Below are positions 1-10,600 of a stretch of DNA of 64,000 nucleotides, one piece after another. How positions within the stretch are numbered: the stretch's first letter is position 1; every line of letters begins with the position of its first letter. Below the pieces are notes generated by a model. That model was not told where the DNA came from. It worked only from the letters and a program-made list of their open reading frames with translations, and searched no databases. The stretch lies in assembly GCA_965208905.1 (NCBI GenBank), contig OZ242365.1:192001-256000 (forward strand), written 5' to 3'. A program made the position numbers and the translations under genes. Origin of the DNA: Nitrosopumilaceae archaeon (GTDB lineage: Archaea; Thermoproteota; Nitrososphaeria; Nitrososphaerales; Nitrosopumilaceae).

Positions 1-53
1 TTAGGCGCACAACGCCCAACAGTCATATAGAGAACATATCTTATATTATAGAC

Positions 54-686
54 ATGGTTAACAAAGGGTTTCCAACTTTTGGTACCACGCAAGATGGAGT
101 ACATGTTTCTACACTAAAAAACTACAATCTTCCAGATTTCATACTAAAGATGGTTGCTGCCGAGTGTGATTCGGATCTATTGGAGAAGGGGCGTATGGAT
201 GACAGGCTTCAGAGTATGAATGAACAAGCCCTCAAGATGTTATACAAGATATTTGTGGGTTGCGAGATAGATGCCGAGGGGAGATTTGCCCAGTACCGCT
301 TCTTTGCGTATGTATCTAGTGCATTTCATAAATGTGAAGTATTAGTAAATGAATCCATTCCTGGTGGATCAGGAAAAAATCACAAGTTTCATGTTGCCGT
401 AAAGAACAAAGGCATGTACATCGCAGTAGCAGACAACAAGGCTACAGGTTACCCAGTCTCCAAAAAAGAGATCACTAGATTCTATGAGGCAGTAGGCGAC
501 ATAAAACACGGTGAGCATGGCACGATGATATCCGAGGCCATATACGGCTCATCGGTAGGGATAAAACAAGAGAGTATAGAAGAGCTGCGCCACCTCAGCA
601 GTCAACGACCCTCTGATGAGGAGAATAGAATAGACTTTAGGGTTGCCAACTTTGAGAATAACATATACTCCATCACCAAGTGTTAG
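54..686 (+). CDS. hypothetical protein, possible PD-(D/E)xK/restriction-endonuclease-like C-terminal part
   Basis: 210-aa ORF. The segment IPGGSGKNHKFHVAV...IAVADNK resembles Mrr-like nuclease folds, with degenerate catalytic residues. Confidence 0.55.
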   Translation: MVNKGFPTFGTTQDGVHVSTLKNYNLPDFILKMVAAECDSDLLEKGRMDDRLQSMNEQALKMLYKIFVGCEIDAEGRFAQYRFFAYVSSAFHKCEVLVNESIPGGSGKNHKFHVAVKNKGMYIAVADNKATGYPVSKKEITRFYEAVGDIKHGEHGTMISEAIYGSSVGIKQESIEELRHLSSQRPSDEENRIDFRVANFENNIYSITKC

Positions 687-1246
687 AGGATACTAGAGGT
701 ATCCATAGTGAGAAACCTAGGGTTTGACTTTACCTGTCTGTAATCTTCATCATATCCTACAAACGGCAGATCGGCAAAGAGGTGTTCTGTCCACACATCA
801 TGAACTATGGGTATGAACTTTCGTACACCTCTCTGTCGAAGTAGTTCATGGGTCAGTATATGAGAGACGACTGGACAGTTTGTTTGGGCCATAAAGGGTA
901 TGTCATCACCCCGAGTAGGTCGCTGCCACCACACCATACCAAAGTTTTCTGCATGATATCCTTCGCATGTGCAGTCAGTCCATAATGGTCTAAAGTACGT
1001 TAGGTAAAAGTGGTATATGTCATTGCCGCGTTGTTCATGATCTTGTAGTAGTAAGTGTGTGTCGGCCCGTTGCAACAAGCCCCTAGGTGCGCTTACCATA
1101 ATGTCCGAATACACATCAAACTGTACATCAAATACCTTATGAGTCCAAAAGCCAAAGAATGCTGCCATCTCTTTTATATACTCAAACTCAATGGTACGTG
1201 ATTTTAAGTCCTCTTGCTTTATAAGAAAAATAAAATGGAGATTCAA
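683..1246 (-). CDS. conserved hypothetical protein (possible metal-binding HxxxHE motif)
   Basis: 187-aa ORF abutting its neighbours; contains CTCEGYH and SHILTHE. Confidence 0.6.
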   Translation of the reverse strand: MNLHFIFLIKQEDLKSRTIEFEYIKEMAAFFGFWTHKVFDVQFDVYSDIMVSAPRGLLQRADTHLLLQDHEQRGNDIYHFYLTYFRPLWTDCTCEGYHAENFGMVWWQRPTRGDDIPFMAQTNCPVVSHILTHELLRQRGVRKFIPIVHDVWTEHLFADLPFVGYDEDYRQVKSNPRFLTMDTSSIL

Positions 1247-1248
1247 GA

Positions 1249-1488
1249 TCAGTTCTGACCTTCTATGCCCATCAGGGTAAGGGTAGACCGAATCTTCTCA
1301 ATCTTTCTTATCTTCCATGTGATCGTCTCCCGTAGCTTCTCTATGGTGTCAGACTCTATCTTGGCTAGTATATCATACGCTCCAAAGGTACCATGAACCT
1401 CTTTGAGGCCATCTATTCCACGAAGTTGTTGTATGATTGACTGTTCAGAACCCAATTCACAATTTATTAAAACAAACGCCGTTGCCAT
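1249..1488 (-). CDS. Lrp/AsnC ligand-binding domain protein
   Basis: AFVLINCELG...EVHGTFGAYDILAKIE...STLTL is the typical stand-alone AsnC domain pattern. Confidence 0.9.
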   Translation of the reverse strand: MATAFVLINCELGSEQSIIQQLRGIDGLKEVHGTFGAYDILAKIESDTIEKLRETITWKIRKIEKIRSTLTLMGIEGQN

Positions 1489-1562
1489 TATAGTATGTCA
1501 TATAGCGGCATATATCAACAAAACGACATTATATTCTAGTGTCGACATTATTACATAAATTA

Positions 1563-1979
1563 CTATTTTGATAATGAAATTATCTTGTCCCAAATGTGGG
1601 ATGGGACTGGCACTACTGAGAGTCTACCTATCTTGAGCATCTGCCAGTCTTCAAACTCTGGTTGTTGTTTCATCTGCTCTAAGGTTACCGGTTTTTTGAA
1701 TATATGATCAAACTCTACATCTACGACTACAAATCGAGGGTTGGTCTCTTCGGGGTTAGAATATGGTTCAGATATCACCCTCATGATGCCCACAGCCTGC
1801 CGTTCCTTGCCAGTATGATAGTATATTACCAGATCATCAGGTTGCATCATGCGTATATGCTTTAATGCCAGATTGTTGTGAACGCCATCCCAAACCGTCT
1901 TGTTATCTCTTTGTAGTTGTGTTATAGGGTATCCTCTAGGGCCAGCTGGTTCTTGTTTTGCCAACCAATATGATACCAT
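1563..1979 (-). CDS. EVE domain protein
   Basis: YWLAKQEP...WDGVHNNLALKHIRMM..D..YYHTG...RLSVVPV signature. Confidence 0.9.
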   Translation of the reverse strand: MVSYWLAKQEPAGPRGYPITQLQRDNKTVWDGVHNNLALKHIRMMQPDDLVIYYHTGKERQAVGIMRVISEPYSNPEETNPRFVVVDVEFDHIFKKPVTLEQMKQQPEFEDWQMLKIGRLSVVPVPSHIWDKIISLSK

Positions 1980-2098
1980 AACATATCATGACAGACAACG
2001 TCGAATAAAGGTTATGCGTCGCGAGTGGCGTTTCATAATTTGTGACCTAACGCAATCTGGATAGTCTGGCCGCCATGCAGATCCCAGACCGCACGGCA

Positions 2099-2198
2099 TA
2101 AATCATGAGGGATGTCTCGCTGCTGTGTCTCAGGTGGCAGTATACTCAATAGTCCGTTCGTCTATTCATTGCAGAGTATGGGGGATCAGCGATCAAAA
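2099..2198. repeat. 100-bp dispersed repeat, copy 1 (copy 2 at 40025-40124)
   Basis: Ungapped alignment by eye gives 89/100 identical positions, same orientation. Confidence 0.9.
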
Positions 2199-2305
2199 AA
2201 TCTATCGGGTGGGTGTCAATGGGATCAGGATCAAATTACGCAACAACCCCCCTCTTATCGTAATGCTTATAACAGCTGCATGTAACACTATTTTCAAGGG
2301 ATAAC

Positions 2306-2875
2306 ATGATCAACCAAAAGATAATTGTATTAGGCCTGAGTGTAGTGCTGGTAGCCGGTACATTGGGCTTTAATTGGGTAGAGACACTCTTCCCATCTGC
2401 AGAAGCCCACGGTGTCCAAGCACAGCTTCAGAGCCGTTTTATTAGAATAGAAGGTGAGACATTCAATCGACAGTCTCTACAGACCGGCGAAATATTAACA
2501 CTGCAAGGTGAGCTTGTCAGTCTGGTAGAGAGAGATCTGCGTGGTTGGATATCAATATTCTCAGAATCTACTAATGCAGGAAACAGATGGGAGATAATGG
2601 CTAGAGATCCACCTGGTAATGTCTTTGATATTCCAGGAAATAGTGTGACAGCATACTCAATCTCAGCAAGAGCACTGGAAGCAGGTGTGTATCACGTCCA
2701 CACGCAACTCAATGTAGCGACCGTAGGCCCAGGTCTTGGTCCAGGACAGACAGTAGTTGTGGAAGGTGAACCAATAATCAAACCAATTCCCTATACCAAC
2801 ATCGCATATCAATCAATACTAATCGGTGTAGGATACGTAATCACGTTTGCAACCCGGCCCTGGCAAGTCATCTGA
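2306..2875 (+). CDS. amoB: ammonia monooxygenase subunit B
   Basis: Signal peptide then AHGVQAQLQSRF; YHVHTQLNV..GPGLGPG; C-terminal FATRPWQVI. Confidence 0.97.
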   Translation: MINQKIIVLGLSVVLVAGTLGFNWVETLFPSAEAHGVQAQLQSRFIRIEGETFNRQSLQTGEILTLQGELVSLVERDLRGWISIFSESTNAGNRWEIMARDPPGNVFDIPGNSVTAYSISARALEAGVYHVHTQLNVATVGPGLGPGQTVVVEGEPIIKPIPYTNIAYQSILIGVGYVITFATRPWQVI

Positions 2876-2945
2876 TCGCTTTTTAATTTTATTAAACTCA
2901 TCCTTCGGGATATTTTTTTACTAGGTACTTGCAATATTATGTATA

Positions 2946-3257
2946 ATGCTATACTTCGAGATTACAAAGTTGGATATATTTCAGAGTTACTTCTTTGGTA
3001 GCACAAAATTTCGTGGAGACTCTTACAAGGTAAACATTCAAGCAGAGAGGCGGGGCAAAGTACTCAAGCTCCCATTCGACATAGTTCCAAAAAAGAAGAA
3101 TGTCATAGTACGGTTAAGCGGTCCAGGTGACATATTTGTGGAAGACTATCTACCATACAAGGGAGAGTCCGAATGGCTAGAGATAGACTCTGACGCAATA
3201 ACCTATTTTGTAGCAGATCATCAGGATAGGTTTGACTCTATTGAGATAATGGATTAA
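2946..3257 (+). CDS. conserved hypothetical protein downstream of amoB
   Basis: 103-aa ORF with normal composition, co-oriented with amoB. Confidence 0.7.
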   Translation: MLYFEITKLDIFQSYFFGSTKFRGDSYKVNIQAERRGKVLKLPFDIVPKKKNVIVRLSGPGDIFVEDYLPYKGESEWLEIDSDAITYFVADHQDRFDSIEIMD

Positions 3258-3373
3258 GATTCCAGAAATATACGTGTGGCTTCAAATAGTCTAGCAACTC
3301 TCGGTACCACATCATGCCATATAGCATATCTAAGGGGGCAACCCAAGACGGAATAATTTTTTAATGATGTGTT

Positions 3374-3925
3374 ATGTATAACAATATGAAATGGCCAGGC
3401 ACAGCTGATCCATACAAGCGACAAAAGACCATACGCTTTCTCATAATTACAGCAATAATAGGAGTATCGGTAGCAGCAGCCAGCGCCGTCATACAATTGG
3501 TTATAAACGAGGACAATCCTCTTAAGGCTTGCATTAATGATAGAACCACACCTTACAGGGTAACAGCCACCTTAGAGTTGTGGGTGGACGGTAACCAGGC
3601 CGAGATTCCAGCAAATGTTGGATTTACAGAGGGAGAGGTCGGGTCCTGTCAGAGAACAATGTACACATTGTCTGATGATGGAACCATCTACGCCGAATGG
3701 GAAGAATCCTATCCGTTTGAGATCGGACACTTTTTGTGGATGTGGGAGTTTCCGTTACGGGACATGGTACAATCCGAGTCAGTCATATATGTAAACGGTG
3801 AGAGATCTGATCTTTTCATAAATGCGCCATTCCAGAACGGCTATCATTACAAGGCCGAATTTGTATCAAAGGAGTACGACGATAGTCAAGATATGGACTT
3901 TCTACCACCATCACGTGATGAATAG
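3374..3925 (+). CDS. membrane-anchored hypothetical protein
   Basis: Single N-terminal TM helix then ...IPANVG...C.RTMYTL..DGTIY domain. Confidence 0.7.
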   Translation: MYNNMKWPGTADPYKRQKTIRFLIITAIIGVSVAAASAVIQLVINEDNPLKACINDRTTPYRVTATLELWVDGNQAEIPANVGFTEGEVGSCQRTMYTLSDDGTIYAEWEESYPFEIGHFLWMWEFPLRDMVQSESVIYVNGERSDLFINAPFQNGYHYKAEFVSKEYDDSQDMDFLPPSRDE

Positions 3926-4225
3926 TTAGCAGGCTTGTCTGCCCCATCATATGATTCCCAGAAGTTGTATTGCGCTTGGCGCTCTAGGGAGACCAACGAT
4001 ACTCCAAATCTAATACACCAAAGTTCCAGAGACAGAATTGGGCCGCAAGCTATGACTTTGTAGTAGGGCATAGTGCTTTATGCCACCACACAAGTATCAT
4101 TGTATCGACTGCCGCAGTTGGTGTTTTATCATAGATGTGTTGTTACAAATATTGTCTAGAAAAATCTGATGGTAAAGATGGGGCGACTCACGCCCATACC
4201 ATGTAAAAAGAATGAAAAAATGGTG

Positions 4226-4510
4226 TTACCAATATTTACCGTTGTCTGGAATTAGACCGATACCTTCTCTTTCGAAATGCCTGTCCAATTCGTCAACCCA
4301 TCTCTCACGATTGTCCTTATAGGCCCATCCGTGAACACGCAACCAGAATGCAATTATTCCTAGCAGGAATACTGTAAACATGATGGTTCCAAAGATGTAT
4401 ATCATTACATCGTAGAACAATGGATCGTAATTCGGTCCCAGTTGTCCTGTTATGGCCGGTAGAATGTTTACCAGTGCCCCAATGATTGGTATCATGTTAC
4501 TATTCACCAT
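4226..4510 (-). CDS. small single-TM membrane protein in the amo neighbourhood (candidate accessory AMO subunit, AmoY/AmoZ-like)
   Basis: 94 aa, one TM helix (VMIYIFGTIMFTVFLLGIIAFWL), AT-rich promoter-like upstream, T-rich 3' end. The AmoY/Z assignment rests on context only. Confidence 0.5.
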   Translation of the reverse strand: MVNSNMIPIIGALVNILPAITGQLGPNYDPLFYDVMIYIFGTIMFTVFLLGIIAFWLRVHGWAYKDNRERWVDELDRHFEREGIGLIPDNGKYW

Positions 4511-4799
4511 ATTCTAAGTTATATAAATTTCGGTTGGCGGGCTCTGGCAAGTTAACGGGGCGAGGTAGGGCGGGAAGTGGTAAGATGGTGTGACATTAAC
4601 TCGCTAGCCGCCGACTCCGCCAACCCCCATCAGATCACCCGTCCATCATCCTCCCACACTTGAGATTATTAGATCTTCTCCCGTCCATCATGGCATATGG
4701 CGCGCCTCGGATGTTGCAACGCGCCAGATGCCGCGCATCTCTGCAGTAGGGGTCTTTGGCGTATTCAGAACATATGAAAGCGCCCGGATCCCGTGGGAT

Positions 4800-7295
4800 C
4801 TAATCAGACGTGGAGGGTCCCGACACCAGCGCGTAGAGGCTGTCTGTCGCATGATTATACAGCGCCCTTACCTGGAACGCGCCATCCTTCATCTCATACA
4901 CGTTGTAGTCAGAGCCCACCAGATCGCCGGCCTCATTGAACGTAGTCTGGAACCCTATCGCCGCCGGCAGGAGCCGGGCCACCTCCGGAATGACCGTCGC
5001 TAGCGCCTCCGCGTTCTGGCCTGTGCCGGTCTGTTTTATAGCATCTGCCAGCACATGTAGCGCGTCATACGCGTGGTACGAGTAAAAGTTCGCGCCCGGA
5101 ACGTTTGCGTCAATGTGGCGGCTGAGGGTGTTCGATACGGGCAGTGTGATAACGCTAGAGTATCCGACCTTCTCCATCCATTGTATCTGTTCGGGTGATG
5201 GTCGTACGTCGGATGAAGTGAGGAAGGCGTACCACCGACCCTCCTGCAGGGCAGGATCCGTCCTGGCTATATCCACGATATCCCAGATCTCGGAGAATCC
5301 AAACAGCATCACGGCCGCACCGGACATATCCACGCCGGCGAGCCTGGACTTTAGCGCGTCTACCACCACACGATAGTCCGTCGCGGAATCCTCGGAGGTG
5401 GGGGCGTAGCTTATGCCGGGGTGTACCGTAATGGCGCCGATATGAGAGGCGTGCTCGATTATACGCTCGTTGAGAGATCTGCCCCAGGGATCATCCCGGT
5501 ACACTATGATGAGATCGGTGATGCCATCATGGTGCAAAAGCCTTGTGTAGACGTCCGTCACCTTCTCGTCGCTGACCCGCATTCGAAATATGTTGTCGGT
5601 CAGGGCCAGAGACGGTGACGAGGATGCATAGCCGACGGCCACCATGCCGTTGTCGTTGACAAAGTCCATCACCTGGACCGTCGAGCCGCTGCTCAGCGGT
5701 CCTATCAGGGCCATTATACCGTCCATATGGAATGCCTCTACGTTCTCCAGAGTGGCGGGCGGGTGGGTCCCATCGTCCTTCTTCAATATGTCAAGCCGCC
5801 AGTCCGCCCCTTCCCCTGCCAGATCCAGATTGTAATGGTACGTGGCAAGGCTGATGGCATCGCTTGCGGCTATCCCTAAACCCTCGGCGAGGGATCCGGT
5901 CTCGGACACCAGAACTCCGATCTTTATCTTCTCTGGGTGGGTGAACTCACGTACGCTGTCGGTGGCCGAGTCATACCTATGAGTGATACTAAAGCCGTCG
6001 TCCCCTATCGAGGATATGTCATAGTCCGACCTGGCCAGATCCCCCGCCCCGTTAAGCTCGATGTTTGTCCCCAGGGCGCCCGCGTACTCGAACAGGTTGC
6101 CGGATCCGTGTGTCAGCGGATCCCGTATGTGTTGGTGTAATCCGGGACCGTGCCCAAGACGCGCCGCCTCGGGGATTGCGGCGGCTATGGCATCCCCATG
6201 GGTGGCGTTTCCAGCCATGGTTATGGCATTACCCATGATGAACAGCGCGTCATACGCAGCGTATGCATACGTTCCCGCGTCGTTGACCAGCGAGTCTATG
6301 CGTATGTTGAGGTCGTTCTCGGGATACGCTAGCGAGAGAGCCTGGTAGTCGGTCTCGATCAGGAAGGGCCGGACCGTATCATCCGCATGGAGTTCGGTCA
6401 TCAGGTGATCGGGGCCATACCACCGGGTATCGTTCATGCCCAGAATGGATGCTTCAGCCACATGCCGTATTATCTCTACAATCTTGCCGGTGTAGTCAAA
6501 GACCACTATTCCCAGCTGGGAATAGTCGTCAACCGGCGGATCGGCGGCAAGTACGGCGCCGAGCTGGGCGGCCACCGCGTATGTATCGCCGGTGTCCGGG
6601 TGGAATTTAATCGTGTCCCGTATGCTGATGCCGTCTGTCATGTCCGCCTCAATCGCCTCATATATCGTATTGTTGACGGAATGCCCTATGGCATCGTCCA
6701 TGAATATCACGACGACCTCTTGGATACCGTCGTCTCGAAGCAGTGCGTGCTCGGCGCGGGCGTATGTGGTGGCATCAGATATGGTCCTGAATATCCGGTC
6801 GCCTGGTATTGACAGGTCTGATGCGCCCGAGGCGTAGCTTATGGCCACCATCCCGTTGGCGGCCACATAGTCCTGTATCCCCCTCAAGTTTGAGCTCGTG
6901 GCCGGGCCCAGAAATGCCTTGATTCCCATGCCGTCAAACTCCTCGACTAGCGCCAGGGTCTCGGCGAGATCAGATTTTGTGTCCCGCTTCACCACATCAA
7001 GCCTCCAATCCGCACCGCTCTCGTAAAGATACCTGTTGAACTCGGCTAGGGCAAAGTCCACGGCTCCGTTGACCTGGTTGGAGAGCACGGCCGGCACATT
7101 GCCGGTATCTGGCACCAGCAGTCCAATGGTTCTAATCTCTGGGGACATCGGGACATCGGCCGCGGCCGCTACCGTGAAAAGGGAGCCCGCGAGCGCGAGT
7201 ACGAGTATGGGTACATATGAGTGGGGGGAAACGACGGTACCATACATGGGTACTGGAGACCAAAGATGCAATATAACAGTATATTGGCGGCGCAT
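4800..7295 (-). CDS. ABC-type branched-chain amino acid (type 1 periplasmic) substrate-binding protein with two tandem PBP1 modules
   Basis: Two copies of IG.L....G...GADWRLD..K.D...GP..S...YAS....L......FR...D and Y.AYDAL...N.AGDL...DY; signal peptide; GC-rich. Real start probably near 7247. Confidence 0.85.
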   Translation of the reverse strand: MRRQYTVILHLWSPVPMYGTVVSPHSYVPILVLALAGSLFTVAAAADVPMSPEIRTIGLLVPDTGNVPAVLSNQVNGAVDFALAEFNRYLYESGADWRLDVVKRDTKSDLAETLALVEEFDGMGIKAFLGPATSSNLRGIQDYVAANGMVAISYASGASDLSIPGDRIFRTISDATTYARAEHALLRDDGIQEVVVIFMDDAIGHSVNNTIYEAIEADMTDGISIRDTIKFHPDTGDTYAVAAQLGAVLAADPPVDDYSQLGIVVFDYTGKIVEIIRHVAEASILGMNDTRWYGPDHLMTELHADDTVRPFLIETDYQALSLAYPENDLNIRIDSLVNDAGTYAYAAYDALFIMGNAITMAGNATHGDAIAAAIPEAARLGHGPGLHQHIRDPLTHGSGNLFEYAGALGTNIELNGAGDLARSDYDISSIGDDGFSITHRYDSATDSVREFTHPEKIKIGVLVSETGSLAEGLGIAASDAISLATYHYNLDLAGEGADWRLDILKKDDGTHPPATLENVEAFHMDGIMALIGPLSSGSTVQVMDFVNDNGMVAVGYASSSPSLALTDNIFRMRVSDEKVTDVYTRLLHHDGITDLIIVYRDDPWGRSLNERIIEHASHIGAITVHPGISYAPTSEDSATDYRVVVDALKSRLAGVDMSGAAVMLFGFSEIWDIVDIARTDPALQEGRWYAFLTSSDVRPSPEQIQWMEKVGYSSVITLPVSNTLSRHIDANVPGANFYSYHAYDALHVLADAIKQTGTGQNAEALATVIPEVARLLPAAIGFQTTFNEAGDLVGSDYNVYEMKDGAFQVRALYNHATDSLYALVSGPSTSD

Positions 7296-7603
7296 TCTTG
7301 TATGTCAGGTGTTGGTGTCTGCGTCTCTGGTATTGCGCGGCCGGATGACCCAGTGTTTGTACCACTTGAGACCCCAGTTCTAGACATGTGCAGAGTCTTT
7401 GCCGCTTTAGACACATTCTTTCCGTCGACCTAGATGAGTATGATTAGTTGTAGATGTTTGGCGGGATCGGCATTCTTTTCTTGTATATATTCATCAAGTA
7501 TTCTTCTCTAATTCTGTTGTTAACATCTGATAATTGGTTAAGATCGAGCCCTAAAGCTTTTTCTAAAAAATATTAATATTAAGAGTTATCACAAATATCA
7601 AAG

Positions 7604-10600
7604 ATGTCTACGTACTTTTGCGATGAGGCAAAGATGTGGTGGCCGTGCCGCATGAGGGGAACAGTAGTAATGCTCCTAGCCGTGGTTGCCTTGGCCCCCG
7701 CCGTCGCGTATGCGGCCGAGACGACAGACCTTGATGGCAGCGCCTTCGTGTTTGTTCCCGGCGACCCCGTCAAGGTCGTGGATGTTACCCAGCCGTATGT
7801 GCCGCTGGAGGTCGCTACAATACCCATCCAGTCATGGGAGCTCTCGCAAGTGCCCGTCAACGGGAACACCTACTTGGTCGCGATGGGAACTGACGACATC
7901 CTACACATATGGGATGTGACCGTGCCGTACAGACCGGTTCCAGCCTCCTCGCTGCCAGCACCCATCGGGGACGACCCGCTGAGGGTCACGGACGTGGACT
8001 GGGCGGAGGCTGACGGAAGGATGTTCGCGCTGATATCCGCCGGGGACAGCATCCATGTAATAGATGTGACCGACCCGCAGAACCCGTCCAGGACGGGGGA
8101 GATCCGGAACGGCGAGCGGCGCATTGACGCGCTGGGCGGAGTAGTAGATGCCGAGCAGTTCTGGGCGGATCAGATGCCATACCTGATCGTGGCCGGGTCC
8201 GATGCCGTCCAGATCATAGGATTTGATGTTCCGACCGAGCCTGAGGGCATATCAGTCATAAGACAGGGTGAGTACGGCTTTGGAACGGTGGGGGGCCTGC
8301 TGGATGTAGATATAGCGGCGTCGGAGTCCGGTGTGTACGCGCTGATAATGGGGGCGCACTCTGTGATGGTGGCCGACATAACGGACCCTGGGCACCCTGT
8401 CCACGTGGACACCTTCGTGCATATGAATCTGGTCGACATGGACGTGCTGCAGACCGAGGATACCTCATATGCACTGGCCATGTGCATAGACAAGATGCAC
8501 ATTATAGATATGCGCGACCCGAATCGCCCCGTGGAGATCTCCGACATCCCCATTTCCACCGCCGACGTAGCGGGCATCGAGGCGGATGGGCGCCTCTGGG
8601 CGCTGTCGGTGGGTGAGACCATAGATGCCTTGGATATCACTAACCCCGAATCGCCGATGCCCGCGTACGTGCGGGAGGGAGGGTTCTCCTACGCGCCCGA
8701 AGCGACGGAGATCGCCGTCATAGATGGGGACCTGTACGTCCTGACGGCCAGCGTTGGTCGGAGCACCATACAGATAACGGAGATTACAGATCCGGCCAAC
8801 CCGGTGCCCGTATCGGCTGTGGTCGGCGGACAGCACGCCCACGGGATAATTCACGGCCCGCATGATGTGGCGGTCACCGAGGCGGACGGCAGGACGTACG
8901 CGGTGGTGCCCAACGTGTACAGCAACAGCATGGCCATCCTGGACATAACTGACCCGCGCAGCCCCACCATAGAGTCGAACGTGGAGTTCCCGACGCTAAG
9001 GGTTCCCACCTCGGTGGCGATATTCGACTCAGGATCATCCAAGTATGCGGCGGTGGCCGGCCACTATGCTGAGAGCATACGGCTTCTGGACATAACGGAT
9101 CCTGGCGCGCCTGTCCTAGGAGTGTTGATACGGGACGGCCAATACGGGTTTGAGGCCGTCGGGGATCCGTTGAGCCTTGACGCAGTCACCATCGGGAATT
9201 CTTCATATATACTGGTAAGTAGTTACTTTGAGAACGCGGTACAGGTCATAGATGTCACCGACCCCGACTCGCCGGTTCCGGCCGCGGCGCTGTTTGATAG
9301 AATAGACGGGTATACGCTGGGCGGCCCGCACGAGATTAAGGCGGTCCAGATTGGCGGCGAGACGTTCGCAGTCGTGGCAGCCGCCTACGACAGCAGCATA
9401 TCCATTATAGATATAACCGACCCCCGCTCGCCGTCGTTGGCGTCCAGGATGACTGACGGCCGCGGTGGTTTTGACCACCTCGATACCGTGCAGTATTTGG
9501 ATGTGGTAAGCCACGGGGACCGCACACTGCTGGTCGCCACCAGCTACTTTGACCATACGGTCCAGTTGGCGGACATAACGGACCCCCGCGCTCCGGAGCC
9601 ACTCCCCTCGGCGGTGCAGGGCCAGGACGGGTTCGACGCTCTGGTAGGCCCCACGGATGTGGCAGTGGCTAGCCACGGAGGGATAGCATACGTGGCAGTG
9701 GCAGACTACTTTGGAAACGGCATCCAGATTGCGGAGATAGACGGCCTGTCCCTGAAGGCGGCCTCGACCGTCTCCGCCGGGCCGCAGGAGTCTCTGCCTC
9801 TGGCAATCACCACCGGGGTGCAGTCGGCCACCATATCTGGCAGGACGTACGCCCTTACTGCATCCCCGGCGCAGGACGTAGTGCAGATAACGGACATCAC
9901 CAACCCGATCACCCCCACCGCGGTGTCGTTGATCCGCCACGGGGAAGACGGCTTTGTGATGGACAACCCGGCGGGTATAGAGGTAGGGGAGATATCTGGC
10001 GGACATTACGCGTTTGTCGCTGGAGTGGACAGCGAGAGTGTACAGGTGGTAGACATCAGCGAACCTGATGATCCCAAGCCAGTATACCTGATGAGGGACG
10101 GTCTGGGCTGGGTGGTCGAGACGGAGTTTCTGTTGATAGACCGGATGCCGTACCTGGTGATGGTGGACAGGACGAATGATACTCTACACATCATGGATGT
10201 CAGCGATCCTGCCGGTCCCGAGCGCGTGGCAGTCCTGCCCGATGTCATCTCATCTGCACAGGGTGTGGATGTGATCCGGACGGCCGAGAAAGTCCTGGCG
10301 CTGGTCTTCAGCTTTGATCACCATACAGTGCATATCATAGACATCACCGATCCTGCCAACCCCCATCAGGTCTCGGCCATATCCGGCGAGAAGTACCTGC
10401 AGGCGGTGACCGACCTGGACTCGATAACCATTGGAACCAGGACGCTGTCCGCCATATCCAGTTACAAGACGGACACCGTCTCTGTGGTGGACATTACGGA
10501 TCCGCTCAATCCCGTGCTGCTCTCATCGGTACAGGGCGGCGAGGGCGGACACTACCTCCACAGTCCTGAGAGCCTGCAGGTGGCGGCCATAGGGGACGGC

